A stretch of DNA of 64,000 nucleotides from Vulcanimicrobiota bacterium. Lineage in GTDB: Bacteria; Vulcanimicrobiota; Vulcanimicrobiia; Vulcanimicrobiales; Vulcanimicrobiaceae. Both the position numbers and the translations under genes were made by a program. Under the pieces are notes generated by a model. It saw nothing but the letters and a program-made list of their open reading frames with translations. It did no database searches and was not told the DNA's origin. Of this stretch, positions 43,519 through 53,753 are shown piece after piece. Positions within the stretch are counted from its first letter, which is position 1. The number at the start of each line of letters is the position of its first letter. The stretch covers positions 5,934 to 69,933 of the forward strand of contig CAVVMT010000019.1 in NCBI GenBank assembly GCA_963749395.1. Direction: 5' to 3'.

Positions 43519-44438
43519 ACGCGGGAGAAGCCCTGGCCCTTTTGGCCGAGCAGACCGTACGGCCGCACGAGCAGCACGGCGAGCATCACGACGAACACGA
43601 GCACCTGTTCGAAGCTCGAGGAGATATACGCCGCGATCAAATTGTTCGCGATCCCGAAGAAGCAGCCGCCGATCACGGCGCCGCGGAAACTCGCCAGGCC
43701 GCCCAACACGACCGCCGCGAACGCCGAGAACATGAACACGACGAGGCTCGTGTTCGTCAGGTAGGTGACCGGCGTCGCGAACAGGGCGGCGATCGCGAAC
43801 AGGACGCCGCTGATCGTCCAGCTCGCGGTGTAGATGCGGTGCAAGTCGAGGCCGACGAGTTCGGTCGCGAGCGGGTTGTCGTAGGCAGCCTGCATCGCGA
43901 TGCCGAGCGACGTGCGGTCGAAGAACCACGACAGGATCCCGAAGAGCAAGAGGCTGACGACGATGATCGCGGCGTTGTCGTACCCGATCGCGATCCCGCC
44001 GTAGCGGAACGTCGCGTTGCCGAAGAGGCTCGGCAGCGTTCCGATCTCGCTGCCCGCGATGATCTGTTCGAGCCCCTGCGCGAGCATCGCGAACGCGAAG
44101 GTCCCGATCACGATGTTGAGCACCGTGTGCTCTTCGTACATCCCGCGGATCCGCAGCCAGCGGCCGGCGCGCCGGCCCAGCGGGTCGATGATGCCGCGGC
44201 TGAAGAGGTATCCCAGCGCGGCCCCGGCGATCAGCGTCGCCGGGGCGCTCACGTAATAGGGAAAGTGCAGCACGACGAGCAGCACGTAGGTGAAGTACGC
44301 GAGGACCGTCGCGATGTCGCCCCCGGCGAAGTTGAGGATGCGGGTCGTGCGGTACACGACGACGAGCCCCAAGCCCGTCAGCGCGTAGAGCAGCCCGGTC
44401 GCCAATCCCGAAACGAGGAGGTTGATCGCGAAGGCCAT
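43515..44438 (-). CDS. branched-chain-amino-acid-type ABC transporter permease (LivH-like)
   Basis: MAFAINLLVSGLATGLLYALTGLGLVVVYRTTRILNFAGGD. Confidence 0.85.
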   Translation of the reverse strand: MAFAINLLVSGLATGLLYALTGLGLVVVYRTTRILNFAGGDIATVLAYFTYVLLVVLHFPYYVSAPATLIAGAALGYLFSRGIIDPLGRRAGRWLRIRGMYEEHTVLNIVIGTFAFAMLAQGLEQIIAGSEIGTLPSLFGNATFRYGGIAIGYDNAAIIVVSLLLFGILSWFFDRTSLGIAMQAAYDNPLATELVGLDLHRIYTASWTISGVLFAIAALFATPVTYLTNTSLVVFMFSAFAAVVLGGLASFRGAVIGGCFFGIANNLIAAYISSSFEQVLVFVVMLAVLLVRPYGLLGQKGQGFSRV

Positions 44439-44450
44439 CGGTGCGTGGCC

Positions 44451-45686
44451 TTACTTGTCGTCCCGGGTCGCGGCCAGCGCCGCTTCGGGGAACGGCATCA
44501 GCTTGGTGACGCGGTAGAAATTGCCGCCGCGCGCCTGCACGAAGGCTTCCTTGGTGATGCCCGAGTCATGGTTCTGCTCGGTGAACGTGATCGCGTTGAC
44601 GATCGTGAAGCTGACGTTGCGGAACCCGTAGAGCACTTTCATCAGGTTCGCCCGGGTGACGTCCATATGCGCGTCGGTCAGGCGTTTGAACGCTTCCGCG
44701 AAGCAGCCCGCACTGAGCCAGCCGTTGGATGAGAGGCCGCCGATCGGAATCTTCGCCGCCTCCATCGCCGACACGTACTCGTGCACGCCGGGCGTGTTGA
44801 GGGTCGCCGGGTCGAACCAGCTCGTCGAGTACACGCCTTCGTTGAGCGTCCCCACCAGTTTGGAGACCGACGGATCGGCCAGGAAGAACGGCGTGAACCA
44901 CTTGGGATGGAAGTTGATGGCGTTGGCGGCTTTGAGGGTCGCGGCGAAGGCGCCGGTCGTGCCCCAATAGAGCACCGTATCGGCGCCCGACTGCGCGATC
45001 TTCGAGACGTTGGCGGTCATGTCGACGGTGCTCGCCTCGAACGTCGCGTCGGCGACGAGCTTCATGTTGAGGGCGGCCGCTTCGGCGTTGGCGCCCTTGA
45101 GCGCCGGGATGCCGACGTCGTCCTGTTCGTACATCACCGCGATCTTCTGGGCGTGCAGGCTCTGCACGGCGTACTGCACGGCGAGCCCGGCTTCCCACGC
45201 GTAGTTCGGCATGACGACGAAGAACGTCGGCAGCTTCGAGAGGCCGGGAACGCCCTCGGGCGGCGCGACGTTGGGCACGTCGGTCCCCTTGAGGTAGTTC
45301 GCCGCCGCCGCGTTGGTGGGCGAGCCCTCGTTGACCGAGAGCGCGAACACCTTGTCTTGTTCGACGAGCTGTTTGATGTTGGCCACGGCGCGCGCCGGCT
45401 GGTACGCGTCGTCGAGCACGATGTACTTGATCTTCCAGCCGTTGATGCCGCCGCGCGCGTTGACCATGTCGAAGTACGCCTTGGCGGCGTTGTTGATGTT
45501 GGCGTAGAACGCGACCGGCCCGGTGTACTGACTCGAGGCGCCGAGCGTGATCGTCTTGGTCGCGGGGTCGACGCCGGGGGTCGGTTCGGCGGCGATGCCG
45601 GCGCCGGCATTGACCGCCCACAAGCCGGCGAGCGCCGTCGTGGCGAGCGCGACCCGAGCCGCACGAGCGATGCGAGATGAGAGCAT
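44451..45686 (-). CDS. ABC transporter substrate-binding protein (LivK / Peripla_BP_6 type)
   Basis: AGGAG upstream of ATG 45686. Signal peptide, then ITLGASSQYTGPVAFY..INGWKIKYIVLDDAYQP. Confidence 0.85.
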   Translation of the reverse strand: MLSSRIARAARVALATTALAGLWAVNAGAGIAAEPTPGVDPATKTITLGASSQYTGPVAFYANINNAAKAYFDMVNARGGINGWKIKYIVLDDAYQPARAVANIKQLVEQDKVFALSVNEGSPTNAAAANYLKGTDVPNVAPPEGVPGLSKLPTFFVVMPNYAWEAGLAVQYAVQSLHAQKIAVMYEQDDVGIPALKGANAEAAALNMKLVADATFEASTVDMTANVSKIAQSGADTVLYWGTTGAFAATLKAANAINFHPKWFTPFFLADPSVSKLVGTLNEGVYSTSWFDPATLNTPGVHEYVSAMEAAKIPIGGLSSNGWLSAGCFAEAFKRLTDAHMDVTRANLMKVLYGFRNVSFTIVNAITFTEQNHDSGITKEAFVQARGGNFYRVTKLMPFPEAALAATRDDK

Positions 45687-45705
45687 GATGACGACTCCTG
45701 TTGCT

Positions 45706-46416
45706 TTAGGTTCCAAGGAAAAGGGTGGCGGGGTTGCGGTTCTTTCGAAACTCGTCGGGCGTTCCGCGGGCGACGATGGTCCCGAGGTTGAGCGCGAAGA
45801 CGGCGTCTGCGATGCGCAGCGCCATGTTCGTGTTCTGCTCGGCAAGCACGATCGTGAGCCCGAGTTCGCGGCGCAGCGTCGCGAGCAGGGCGAACAGGGC
45901 TTGGGTGGCGATCGGCGAGAGGCCGAGCGACGGTTCGTCGAGCAGGAAGATGCGCGGCCGCGTCATCAACGCGCGCGCCACGGCCAGCATCTGCTGCTCG
46001 CCGCCACTCATCGAACCGGCGCGTTGCTCCATCCGCTCGCGCAAGCGCGGAAAGTAGCCGAGCACGTTCTCGAGGTCGCGTCCGGCCGCGGCGGCATCGC
46101 CGCGCGCCAGCGCGCCGAGCATCAAGTTCTTGCGCACCGACATGCCCCAGAAGAGTTCGCGCGTCTCCGGGAGCAGCACGATCCCGCGTCGCACGCGATC
46201 GTGCACGAGCGCGTGCGTCACGTCGTCGCCGTCGAAGCGGATCGTCCCGCTCGCGGGCCACAGCAGTCCCGCGATCGCGCGCAGCAGCGTCGTTTTGCCG
46301 GCGCCGTTGGAGCCGACGACCGCGACGATCGAGCCCGCTTCGACGTCGAGATCGCAACCGCGCAACGCGACGCTGTCGCCGTACCCTGCGGTGACCCCGC
46401 GCAGCTCGAGCATCAT
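45706..46416 (-). CDS. ABC transporter ATP-binding protein (LivF-like)
   Basis: GSNGAGKTTLL, MSGGEQQML, LLDEPSLGL. ATGA overlap with the LivG-like gene. Confidence 0.85.
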   Translation of the reverse strand: MMLELRGVTAGYGDSVALRGCDLDVEAGSIVAVVGSNGAGKTTLLRAIAGLLWPASGTIRFDGDDVTHALVHDRVRRGIVLLPETRELFWGMSVRKNLMLGALARGDAAAAGRDLENVLGYFPRLRERMEQRAGSMSGGEQQMLAVARALMTRPRIFLLDEPSLGLSPIATQALFALLATLRRELGLTIVLAEQNTNMALRIADAVFALNLGTIVARGTPDEFRKNRNPATLFLGT

Positions 46417-47216
46417 GCCGGTTCCGAACCTTCCGGTTCGGGCGGTCCCAGGTACGCGTCGATCACGCGCTGATCCTCGAACACCGCCGCCGGCGCGCCC
46501 GAGGCGATCAACTCGCCGAAATCCATTACGTAGACGCGATCGCACAAGCCGTGGATGAACGACATGTCGTGGTCGACGACGAGCAGCCCGCAGCCCAGGC
46601 TGCCGCGAATCGACTGCAGCAGGGCGATGATGTCGCGCTTCTCCTCGACCGTGATCCCGGCGACCGGCTCGTCGAGCAGCAGCAGTTTGGGACCCGACAC
46701 GAGCGCGCGCGCGATCTCCACCGCTTTGCGCGCGCCGTACGGAATCTCCCCGACGCGCCGCTGTGCCCACGACTCGAGGCCGCAGAACGCGAGCAGTTCC
46801 CGCGTGCGCTCGATGCCGGCCGCCTCGCTGCGCCGCAGCGCCGGCGTGCGCAGGAGCGCGGCGACGAAATCGGAGAGCCCCGGATGGTGCCCCAGCAGCA
46901 CGTTGGCGAACACGCTGCGGTCGGGGATCAACTGCGGGCTCTGGAACGTGCGCGCGCAGCCGAGCGCGAGCAGACGGTGCGCGGGCAGATGCTGCACGTC
47001 GTGCCCGGCGACCGACAACGTCGCGGCGGTCGCCGGCACGAAGCGGCTGATCGCATTGAGCACCGTCGATTTGCCGGCTCCGTTCGGCCCGATCAAGCCC
47101 ACGATCTCGCCCGGCTCGACGTGCATCGTCAGCCGGTCGACCGCGACCAAACCGCCGAAGCGGACGGTCAAGTCGACGATGTCGAGTCCGCGGCTACGCG
47201 CCGGCGCGGCGATCAC
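46413..47216 (-). CDS. ABC transporter ATP-binding protein (LivG-like)
   Basis: GPNGAGKSTVLN, IPYGARKAVEIARAL, LLLDEPVAG. GTG 47216 overlaps the LivM-like stop (GTGA). Confidence 0.85.
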   Translation of the reverse strand: MIAAPARSRGLDIVDLTVRFGGLVAVDRLTMHVEPGEIVGLIGPNGAGKSTVLNAISRFVPATAATLSVAGHDVQHLPAHRLLALGCARTFQSPQLIPDRSVFANVLLGHHPGLSDFVAALLRTPALRRSEAAGIERTRELLAFCGLESWAQRRVGEIPYGARKAVEIARALVSGPKLLLLDEPVAGITVEEKRDIIALLQSIRGSLGCGLLVVDHDMSFIHGLCDRVYVMDFGELIASGAPAAVFEDQRVIDAYLGPPEPEGSEPA

Positions 47217-48163
47217 GGTTTGGCCTCGTCGACCAAAATGGGCGCGGGTCCGCGGCGCTTCATGCGCGACTCGGGGCGGACCAGCGAGACGATGCCGTTG
47301 GGGCGCAAAATCAGCATGCCGAGCAGCAGCGCTCCGAGCATGACCCCGCCCCAGGCCGCCGAGCCGGCGAGCAACTGGGGCGCGAGCACGACGACCGCCG
47401 CGCCGAGCAGCGCGCCGGCCGGCGACGAGACGCCGCCGATGATCGACCCCGCGAGGAACAGCGCCGACTGCGTGAACGAGAACGTCGCGGGTGAAATCTG
47501 GCTGACGAGATAGAGCACGAGCGCGCCGCTCAAGCCCGCCAGCCCGTTGCCGAAGCTGACCGCGAGCACTTTGGCCGCGGTCGTGTCGATGCCGAGCGAG
47601 CGCGCCGCGTGGACGCTCGTCTTCTGCAGCATCAGCGCGGCGCCGAAGTGCGAGCGGTCGAGATTGCTCTGCATCCAAATCGCGAGCGCGACCAATAGCA
47701 GCGCGAGCCAGTACATCGTCGCCGTCGAGGTGCCGGCGATGCGCAGCGAGTCGACGTAGACGCCGCCGTAGCCGCCGGTCAGCGGCGCGGCCACGGTGAG
47801 AAACTGCGGCACGGCCCAGCCGAGCGCGAGGGTCACGACCGCGAAGTACGGCCCGGTCAACCGCACCGACGGGATCGCGACGATCAATCCCACCAACGCC
47901 GCGGCCGCTACCGCCGCGACGAGCGCGAGCGGCCACGGCGCGTGCAAGCGCGTCGCGCAGATGGCGGCCGCGTACGCACCGATGCCTTGAATCGCCGCAT
48001 GGCCGACCGAGACGAGCCCGCTGTTGGCGATGATGTAGCTCAAGCCCAAGAGCGCGAGCGCCGTCACGAGCATCAACGCGAGGGTGAAGAGATACGAGTC
48101 GGGCACGTACAGTGGGGCGGTAGCCGCGACGGCCGCGGCCACGAGCCACCAGCGCGCGTTCAC
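47213..48163 (-). CDS. ABC transporter permease (LivM-like)
   Basis: GLVSVGHAAIQGIGAYAAA. A multi-TM protein of 316 aa. Confidence 0.85.
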   Translation of the reverse strand: MNARWWLVAAAVAATAPLYVPDSYLFTLALMLVTALALLGLSYIIANSGLVSVGHAAIQGIGAYAAAICATRLHAPWPLALVAAVAAAALVGLIVAIPSVRLTGPYFAVVTLALGWAVPQFLTVAAPLTGGYGGVYVDSLRIAGTSTATMYWLALLLVALAIWMQSNLDRSHFGAALMLQKTSVHAARSLGIDTTAAKVLAVSFGNGLAGLSGALVLYLVSQISPATFSFTQSALFLAGSIIGGVSSPAGALLGAAVVVLAPQLLAGSAAWGGVMLGALLLGMLILRPNGIVSLVRPESRMKRRGPAPILVDEAKP

Positions 48164-48172
48164 CGAAGCCTG

Positions 48173-48955
48173 CTATTTGACGGCAACATCGACGCCCGGG
48201 ATGGCGCCTCCGATGCAGTAGCCGCCGTCGGCGCGCAGCACCTCACCGGTGATGAAGCTCGACGCCGGCGAAGCGAGAAACATCACGGCCTGCGCGATGT
48301 CGTTCGCGGTGCCGATGCGTCCGAGCGGGGTGCGCTTGCGGCGCCCTTCCCACGCGGATTCATCGAGGATGCGCATCGACATCGGGCTGGGGATCGCGCT
48401 CGGCGCAACCGAGTTGACGCGGATCGACTGCGCCCCGAGGTCGACCGCGAGCGCGCGGGTAAACCCGTCGATGCCGGCCTTGATCGCTGCGTACACGGGC
48501 GAGTAGGCCATCCCCGTCAGCGCCGAGATCGACGACATGTTGACGATCGAGCCGCCGCCCTTGCGGATCATGCTCGGCACCACCGCCTGGGTCATCCAGA
48601 AGACTTGCTTGAGCCCGGCCGCGAGCATCCGGTCGACGGTCTCTTCGTCGATCTGGTCGATCTTCTGATACGTCGCCCAGGTCGCGTTGTTGACCAAGAC
48701 GTCGACGTCGCCGAATTTCGCCTGCACCTCGGCGACGATCTCGGCGGCGCGCGCGCGCTGCGTGAGATCGGCCTCGATCGGCAGCACGTGTCCGCCGACG
48801 TCGGCGAGCTGATCGGCCAGGGCCCGGATGCCGTCGCCGTTGATGTCGACCATCGCGACCGAGGCCCCGGCGCCGGCGAAGACCCGCGACATCACGCTCC
48901 CGATCCCGCCCGAAGCGCCAGTCAGGACGATCGTCAGGCCGTCGAGCTGTCTCAT
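48173..48955 (-). CDS. SDR family oxidoreductase
   Basis: VLTGASGGIGS, NNAT, YAAIKAG. ATG 48955 overlaps the HyuB stop (ATGA). Confidence 0.85.
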   Translation of the reverse strand: MRQLDGLTIVLTGASGGIGSVMSRVFAGAGASVAMVDINGDGIRALADQLADVGGHVLPIEADLTQRARAAEIVAEVQAKFGDVDVLVNNATWATYQKIDQIDEETVDRMLAAGLKQVFWMTQAVVPSMIRKGGGSIVNMSSISALTGMAYSPVYAAIKAGIDGFTRALAVDLGAQSIRVNSVAPSAIPSPMSMRILDESAWEGRRKRTPLGRIGTANDIAQAVMFLASPASSFITGEVLRADGGYCIGGAIPGVDVAVK

Positions 48956-50718
48956 GATGCGCTCTCCGCCAGCACCGGTTTGGGGGCCCGCAGGTCGCCG
49001 GTCGCCGCCGCGTCGACCGACCACGAAGTGCCGTCCGGCACGACCGCGACCCGGTAGTCGTCGCGCGCGCTCTGGGGAGTGATGAACCCGCGGACGACGT
49101 CGCGCAGGACGGCGTGCGGTTCGCGCGCGAGCGGGTCGCCCCAGCCCCCGCCGCCGGGGGTGGCGACGCGGGTCGAATCGCCCGGCACCATTCGCACGCC
49201 CTCGTCTTTGGTCAGATGTTCGGGGACGTACGATTTGCCGGCGAGGGTGTACTCGATCTCGCACTTCTCGCCTTCGGCGCCGCCGTGCAAACCGAATGGC
49301 CCGAAGCGGCCGCGGTCGCCCAGGCAGCTCGAGACGGCTTCTCCGCGCAGCAGTTGCACGTCGAACTCCATCCCGAATCCGCCCCGGTGTTCGCCCGCGC
49401 CGCCCGATCCCTCGCGGATGCTGTAGTGGTTGAAGCGCAACGGGTAGAGTTGCTCGAGGATCTCGATCGGCGACGTCAGCGCCGCCGAGATCGGGGCGTT
49501 GCCGTTCGTCAGCCCGTCGCACGTCGGGTGGCCGCCGTACCCGCCGCCGCTGAAGCGGAACATGATGTAACGCCGCGCCCGCTCGGGATCGTAGCCGCTG
49601 AGCGTATAGTTCGCGACCGAACCGAAGCACGCGGCGGGGACGCGGTCGGGCACCGCTTGCGCGAGCGCGCCGAACACCGCGTCGACGACCCGGATCGATA
49701 CCTCGGCCGACGAGCCGGAGACCGCGCGCGGGAACTTCGCGTTGAGGAAGGTCGCCTCGGGGATGATGACGTTGACCGGCTTGAAGATCCCGGCGTTGAT
49801 CGGCACTTCGGGGAAGACGTGCTTGAGGCCGACGAAGACGGCCGAGAACGCCGCCGAGTACGACGCGTTGAGCGGGCCGGCGACCGGCGGGCTCGAGCCG
49901 GTGAAGTCGAACGTCAGCGTGTCGCCGGCGATCGTCACTTCGAGCGCCACCCGGATCGGCTCGAACACGATTCCGTCGGAGTCGAGGAACGTCTCGAAGC
50001 GGTAGACGCCGTCGGGCATCGCCTTGATGTAGGCGCGCATCTGCTGCTCGGAGCGCACCGTCAACTCGTTCGTGTAGCGGGTGACGTTGTCGACGCCGTA
50101 CTTGTCGAGCAGCGCGCGCAGCCGGGCGTCGCCGATGTTGAGCGCGGCGATCTGCGCTTGGAAGTCGCCGCGGCGCTCTTCCGCCACCCGCATGTTGGCG
50201 AGCAGCAGGGTCAGCATGTCTTCTTGCAATTCGCCGTTGCGGCAGATCAGGACGGGCGGGATCCGCACGCCTTCCTGAATGATCTCGGTCGCGCGCACCC
50301 CGAACCCGCCGGGCACGTTCCCGCCGATGTCGGTCCAGTGTCCGCAGTTGGCCAGGAACGCGAACCGCTTGCCCTGATAGTAGAACGGGCGCACGAGCTT
50401 GGTGTCCATCAAGTGCGTGCCGCCGCAGTACGGGTCGTTGAGGATCACGACGTCACCTTCGCCCAGATTGGGATGCGCCGCGATCGCCGCTTGCACCGCG
50501 AACTGCATGACGCCGATGAAGATCGGCAAACCGGTATCGCCCTGCGCGACGACGACCCCGGTCTCGCCGTCGTAGATGCCGTTGGCGCGATCGCGCCCTT
50601 CGGACATCACCGGATTGAAGGCCGCGCGTTCGAGGCCCAAGTCCATTTCGTCGACGATCTGGCGCAGCGAGTTCTGCATGACCGCCAGGGTCGCCGGATC
50701 GATCTTGTCCGTATTCAC
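48952..50718 (-). CDS. hyuB: hydantoinase B / oxoprolinase family protein
   Basis: Only the C-terminal 588 aa of the 1614-aa track ORF look real (DPATLAVMQNSLRQIVDEM..., NDPYCGGTHLMD). GTG 50718 overlaps the HyuA stop (GTGA). Confidence 0.85.
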   Translation of the reverse strand: MNTDKIDPATLAVMQNSLRQIVDEMDLGLERAAFNPVMSEGRDRANGIYDGETGVVVAQGDTGLPIFIGVMQFAVQAAIAAHPNLGEGDVVILNDPYCGGTHLMDTKLVRPFYYQGKRFAFLANCGHWTDIGGNVPGGFGVRATEIIQEGVRIPPVLICRNGELQEDMLTLLLANMRVAEERRGDFQAQIAALNIGDARLRALLDKYGVDNVTRYTNELTVRSEQQMRAYIKAMPDGVYRFETFLDSDGIVFEPIRVALEVTIAGDTLTFDFTGSSPPVAGPLNASYSAAFSAVFVGLKHVFPEVPINAGIFKPVNVIIPEATFLNAKFPRAVSGSSAEVSIRVVDAVFGALAQAVPDRVPAACFGSVANYTLSGYDPERARRYIMFRFSGGGYGGHPTCDGLTNGNAPISAALTSPIEILEQLYPLRFNHYSIREGSGGAGEHRGGFGMEFDVQLLRGEAVSSCLGDRGRFGPFGLHGGAEGEKCEIEYTLAGKSYVPEHLTKDEGVRMVPGDSTRVATPGGGGWGDPLAREPHAVLRDVVRGFITPQSARDDYRVAVVPDGTSWSVDAAATGDLRAPKPVLAESAS

Positions 50719-52757
50719 GACTCCACCTCGATGATCAGATTGCCGTACTCGTCGACGGTCACGGTGCTGTCGGGCTCGACGACCGTCGTCGAGTCCATCT
50801 GGTTGAAGATCGCCGGGCCGCGGATGACGCCGCCGAGCGGCAGCGCATCGCGCTCGTACACCGGCGTGTCGACCCATCCGCCGTCGAACCAGACGGGACG
50901 CGTCTCGCGCACGGCTTCGGCGACCGATCCGGTCTTGTGGCCGGCGGCGACGATGCGCCGCAAGTCGAGCTGCGGACGGATCCCGATCACCGACGTGCGC
51001 AGGTTGATCAGCTTGGCGCGAAACGCGCCGAGGTCGATGTTGAAGCGGTCGAGGTAGGTTTGGCGCAGCGCATCGCTGAGCGCCTTGACGTCGAGATGGC
51101 CGGCGTCGAGGGTGACCCGCATCGTGAACGTCTGGCCTTCGTACTGCATGTCGGCTTCGTGGACGACGTCGATCCGTTCGATCGGCACCTTCTCGGCCGC
51201 GAGCAGCGCTTCGCCGGCGGCGCGTTGTTCGCGCAGCACGCCGGCGACTTCGCTCTCGGTCAGCGTGTCGGTCGGCCGGGCGATCGTCTGCACGAAGTCG
51301 TGACGCACGTCGGCGACGATGCAGCCCAGCGCGCAGGTGATGCCGGGGACGTAGGGCACGATGACGCGCGGCACGCCGAGCTCGCGCGCGAGCGCCGCGC
51401 CGTGCAGCGGGCCCGCGCCGCCGAAGGCGAACAGCGCGAACTCGCGCGGGTCGTGGCCGCGCTGCAGGCTGACCAGCCGCATCGCGCCGGCCATCGCGTC
51501 GTTGATGATGCGAATGACGGAGACCGCGGCTTCGTCGGGGCCGATGCCCAGCGGGTCGCCGACGCGCTCCTTGAACGCGGCGCGCAGCTTGTCGCGGTCG
51601 ACCGCGCCGTCGACCGAGAGCAACGCTTGCGACGAGAGCCGCCCGAGCATGACGTTGGCGTCGGTGACGGTCGGTTCCACGCCGCCGCGCCCGTAGGCGA
51701 TCGGCCCCGGGACCGCGCCGGCGCTGCGCGGGCCGACGCGCAACATGCCCGACGCATCGACCGACGCGATGCTGCCGCCGCCGGCGCCGATCGTGTGGAT
51801 GTCGATGATCGGGATGCGCAGCGGCACCCTGAAGCTCAGGTCGCGGTCGCTGGTGACGATCGGTTCGCCGTCGACGATCATGCCGACGTCGAAGCTCGTC
51901 CCGCCCATGTCGCAGGTGATGACGTTCTCGAAGCCCGCGAGGCGCGAGATGAACGCCGCCGCGATCACGCCGGCCGCCGGGCCCGAGAGCACCGTGCTGA
52001 CCGAGCGTTCGCAGGCGGTGTCGGCGGCCATGATCCCGCCGTTGGCTTGCATGATGACGAGATCGCGCGGGACGCCGCGCGCGCGCAGCTCGTCGCGCAG
52101 GCGCGTGACGTAGCGGTGGATCAGCGGCTGGATGTATGCGTTGACCGCGGCCGTGCCGAAGCGCTCGGTCTCGCGAAATTCGCCGAGGATCTCGGCGCTC
52201 TGGGTGATGTACGGGTTGCCCCACACGCGCTCCGCCGCCCGCGCGGCCGCGGCTTCGTGGCTGCGGTTCGCGTACGAGTGCATGAACCCGATGACGAGCG
52301 ACTCGCAGCCCTGCGCGCGCAGCTGCGCCGCGGCGCGTTCGACCTGGCCCTCGTCGAGCGCGACGACGACGTTGCCCTCGGCATCGGTCCGCTCGTCGAC
52401 TTCGAGCCGGTTCTCGCGCGAGATCAGCGGCTCGAACTGGCCGTAGAGCCCGTAGAGCTGCGGGCGGTCGCGGCGTCCGAGTTCCACGATGTCGCGGAAC
52501 CCTTTGGTCGCGATCATCCCGCACTTCGCGCCGTTGCGCTCGAGGGTCGCGTTCGTGCCGACGGTCGTGCCGTGCACGAGCCACGAGATCCCCGCGTACT
52601 CGACGCCGGCGGTTGTCAGGCCGTTGAGAAACCCCGTCGCTTGATTGGCCGGCGTCGACGGCACCTTGCTCAGGCTGACCGCGCCGCTCTGTTCGTCGAT
52701 CGCGATCGTATCGGTGAACGTCCCGCCGATATCGACCCCGACTTGCTGCGTGCTCAC
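50715..52757 (-). CDS. hyuA: hydantoinase A / oxoprolinase family protein (ATP-dependent)
   Basis: VGVDIGGTFTDTIA and CDMGGTSFDV. 680 aa. Confidence 0.9.
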   Translation of the reverse strand: MSTQQVGVDIGGTFTDTIAIDEQSGAVSLSKVPSTPANQATGFLNGLTTAGVEYAGISWLVHGTTVGTNATLERNGAKCGMIATKGFRDIVELGRRDRPQLYGLYGQFEPLISRENRLEVDERTDAEGNVVVALDEGQVERAAAQLRAQGCESLVIGFMHSYANRSHEAAAARAAERVWGNPYITQSAEILGEFRETERFGTAAVNAYIQPLIHRYVTRLRDELRARGVPRDLVIMQANGGIMAADTACERSVSTVLSGPAAGVIAAAFISRLAGFENVITCDMGGTSFDVGMIVDGEPIVTSDRDLSFRVPLRIPIIDIHTIGAGGGSIASVDASGMLRVGPRSAGAVPGPIAYGRGGVEPTVTDANVMLGRLSSQALLSVDGAVDRDKLRAAFKERVGDPLGIGPDEAAVSVIRIINDAMAGAMRLVSLQRGHDPREFALFAFGGAGPLHGAALARELGVPRVIVPYVPGITCALGCIVADVRHDFVQTIARPTDTLTESEVAGVLREQRAAGEALLAAEKVPIERIDVVHEADMQYEGQTFTMRVTLDAGHLDVKALSDALRQTYLDRFNIDLGAFRAKLINLRTSVIGIRPQLDLRRIVAAGHKTGSVAEAVRETRPVWFDGGWVDTPVYERDALPLGGVIRGPAIFNQMDSTTVVEPDSTVTVDEYGNLIIEVES

Positions 52758-52766
52758 GTTTCGCTC

Positions 52767-53753
52767 CTACGTCGCGACGAGCTCGCGCTCGCGCCAGGCG
52801 ATGATGCGGCGGATGCCTTCCTCCACCGAGACTTGCGGCTCCCAGCCCAAGAGCTGCTTGGCCTTCTCGCGGCTGTAGTGCAGCTCGGTCGTGGTCGTGA
52901 AGCGGACCTTCGAGGGGTCGTCCTTGTACACGGGCTCGAGGTTCGAGTTGCACAGCCGCAAGAGGATGCGGGTGATGTCGTTGAGGGTCGTCTCGACGCC
53001 GGTGACGACGCTGAAGCTCTCGCCGGTGACGTCGCTCGCCATCGCCAGGACGTTCGCGCGCGCGACGTCGCCGGCGTAGACATAGTCGTGCACTTCGCTG
53101 CCGTCGCCGGGCAGTTCGGGCGGCAAGCCGCGCTTGATGCGGTCGTAGGCCTCGATGATGTAGAGCGCGTTGACCCCGCGGTAGTGCTGCCGTTCGCCAT
53201 AAACCGACGAGTAGCGCATGCAGTTGAACTGCAAGCCGTAGCGCTGGCCGTAGAGCCGGCACAGATTCTCGCCGATGATCTTGGTCGCGCCGTAGATCGC
53301 GCCGGCGGGTTGCAGCGGCGCCCAGTTGAAGGGCACCGTCTCGACGACGTCGCCGCTCGGGCTGCCGTACACGGCGGCCGACGAGGAGAATACGACTTTC
53401 TCCACGCCGCGCCAGCGGCACGCCTCGAGGACGGTCTGGTGGCCGCGGACGTTGACGTCGATCCCGGTCCAAGGATTTTGACTGAGCACGAGCGTCAGGA
53501 AACCGGCGACGTGGAAGACGCCGCTGACGCCGTCGAGCGCCTCGAGCACTTCGTTGATGCGCAAGATGTCGCCGCGGACCAGCTGCACGCGCGGGTCGCT
53601 CAAAAGATGCTCGACGGCTTGCGGGCTCCCGAGCGAGTAGTTGTCGAACAGCACGACGCCGGCGACGTCGCGTGCCAGCAGTTCCTCGGCGATGTGCGAG
53701 CCGATGAGGCTCGCTCCGCCGGTGATCAGCAGTTTGCGGCCGGAAAGGTTCAT
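52767..53753 (-). CDS. NAD-dependent epimerase/dehydratase family protein
   Basis: LITGGASLIGSH and YGATKIIGE (YxxxK). 328 aa. Confidence 0.85.
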   Translation of the reverse strand: MNLSGRKLLITGGASLIGSHIAEELLARDVAGVVLFDNYSLGSPQAVEHLLSDPRVQLVRGDILRINEVLEALDGVSGVFHVAGFLTLVLSQNPWTGIDVNVRGHQTVLEACRWRGVEKVVFSSSAAVYGSPSGDVVETVPFNWAPLQPAGAIYGATKIIGENLCRLYGQRYGLQFNCMRYSSVYGERQHYRGVNALYIIEAYDRIKRGLPPELPGDGSEVHDYVYAGDVARANVLAMASDVTGESFSVVTGVETTLNDITRILLRLCNSNLEPVYKDDPSKVRFTTTTELHYSREKAKQLLGWEPQVSVEEGIRRIIAWRERELVAT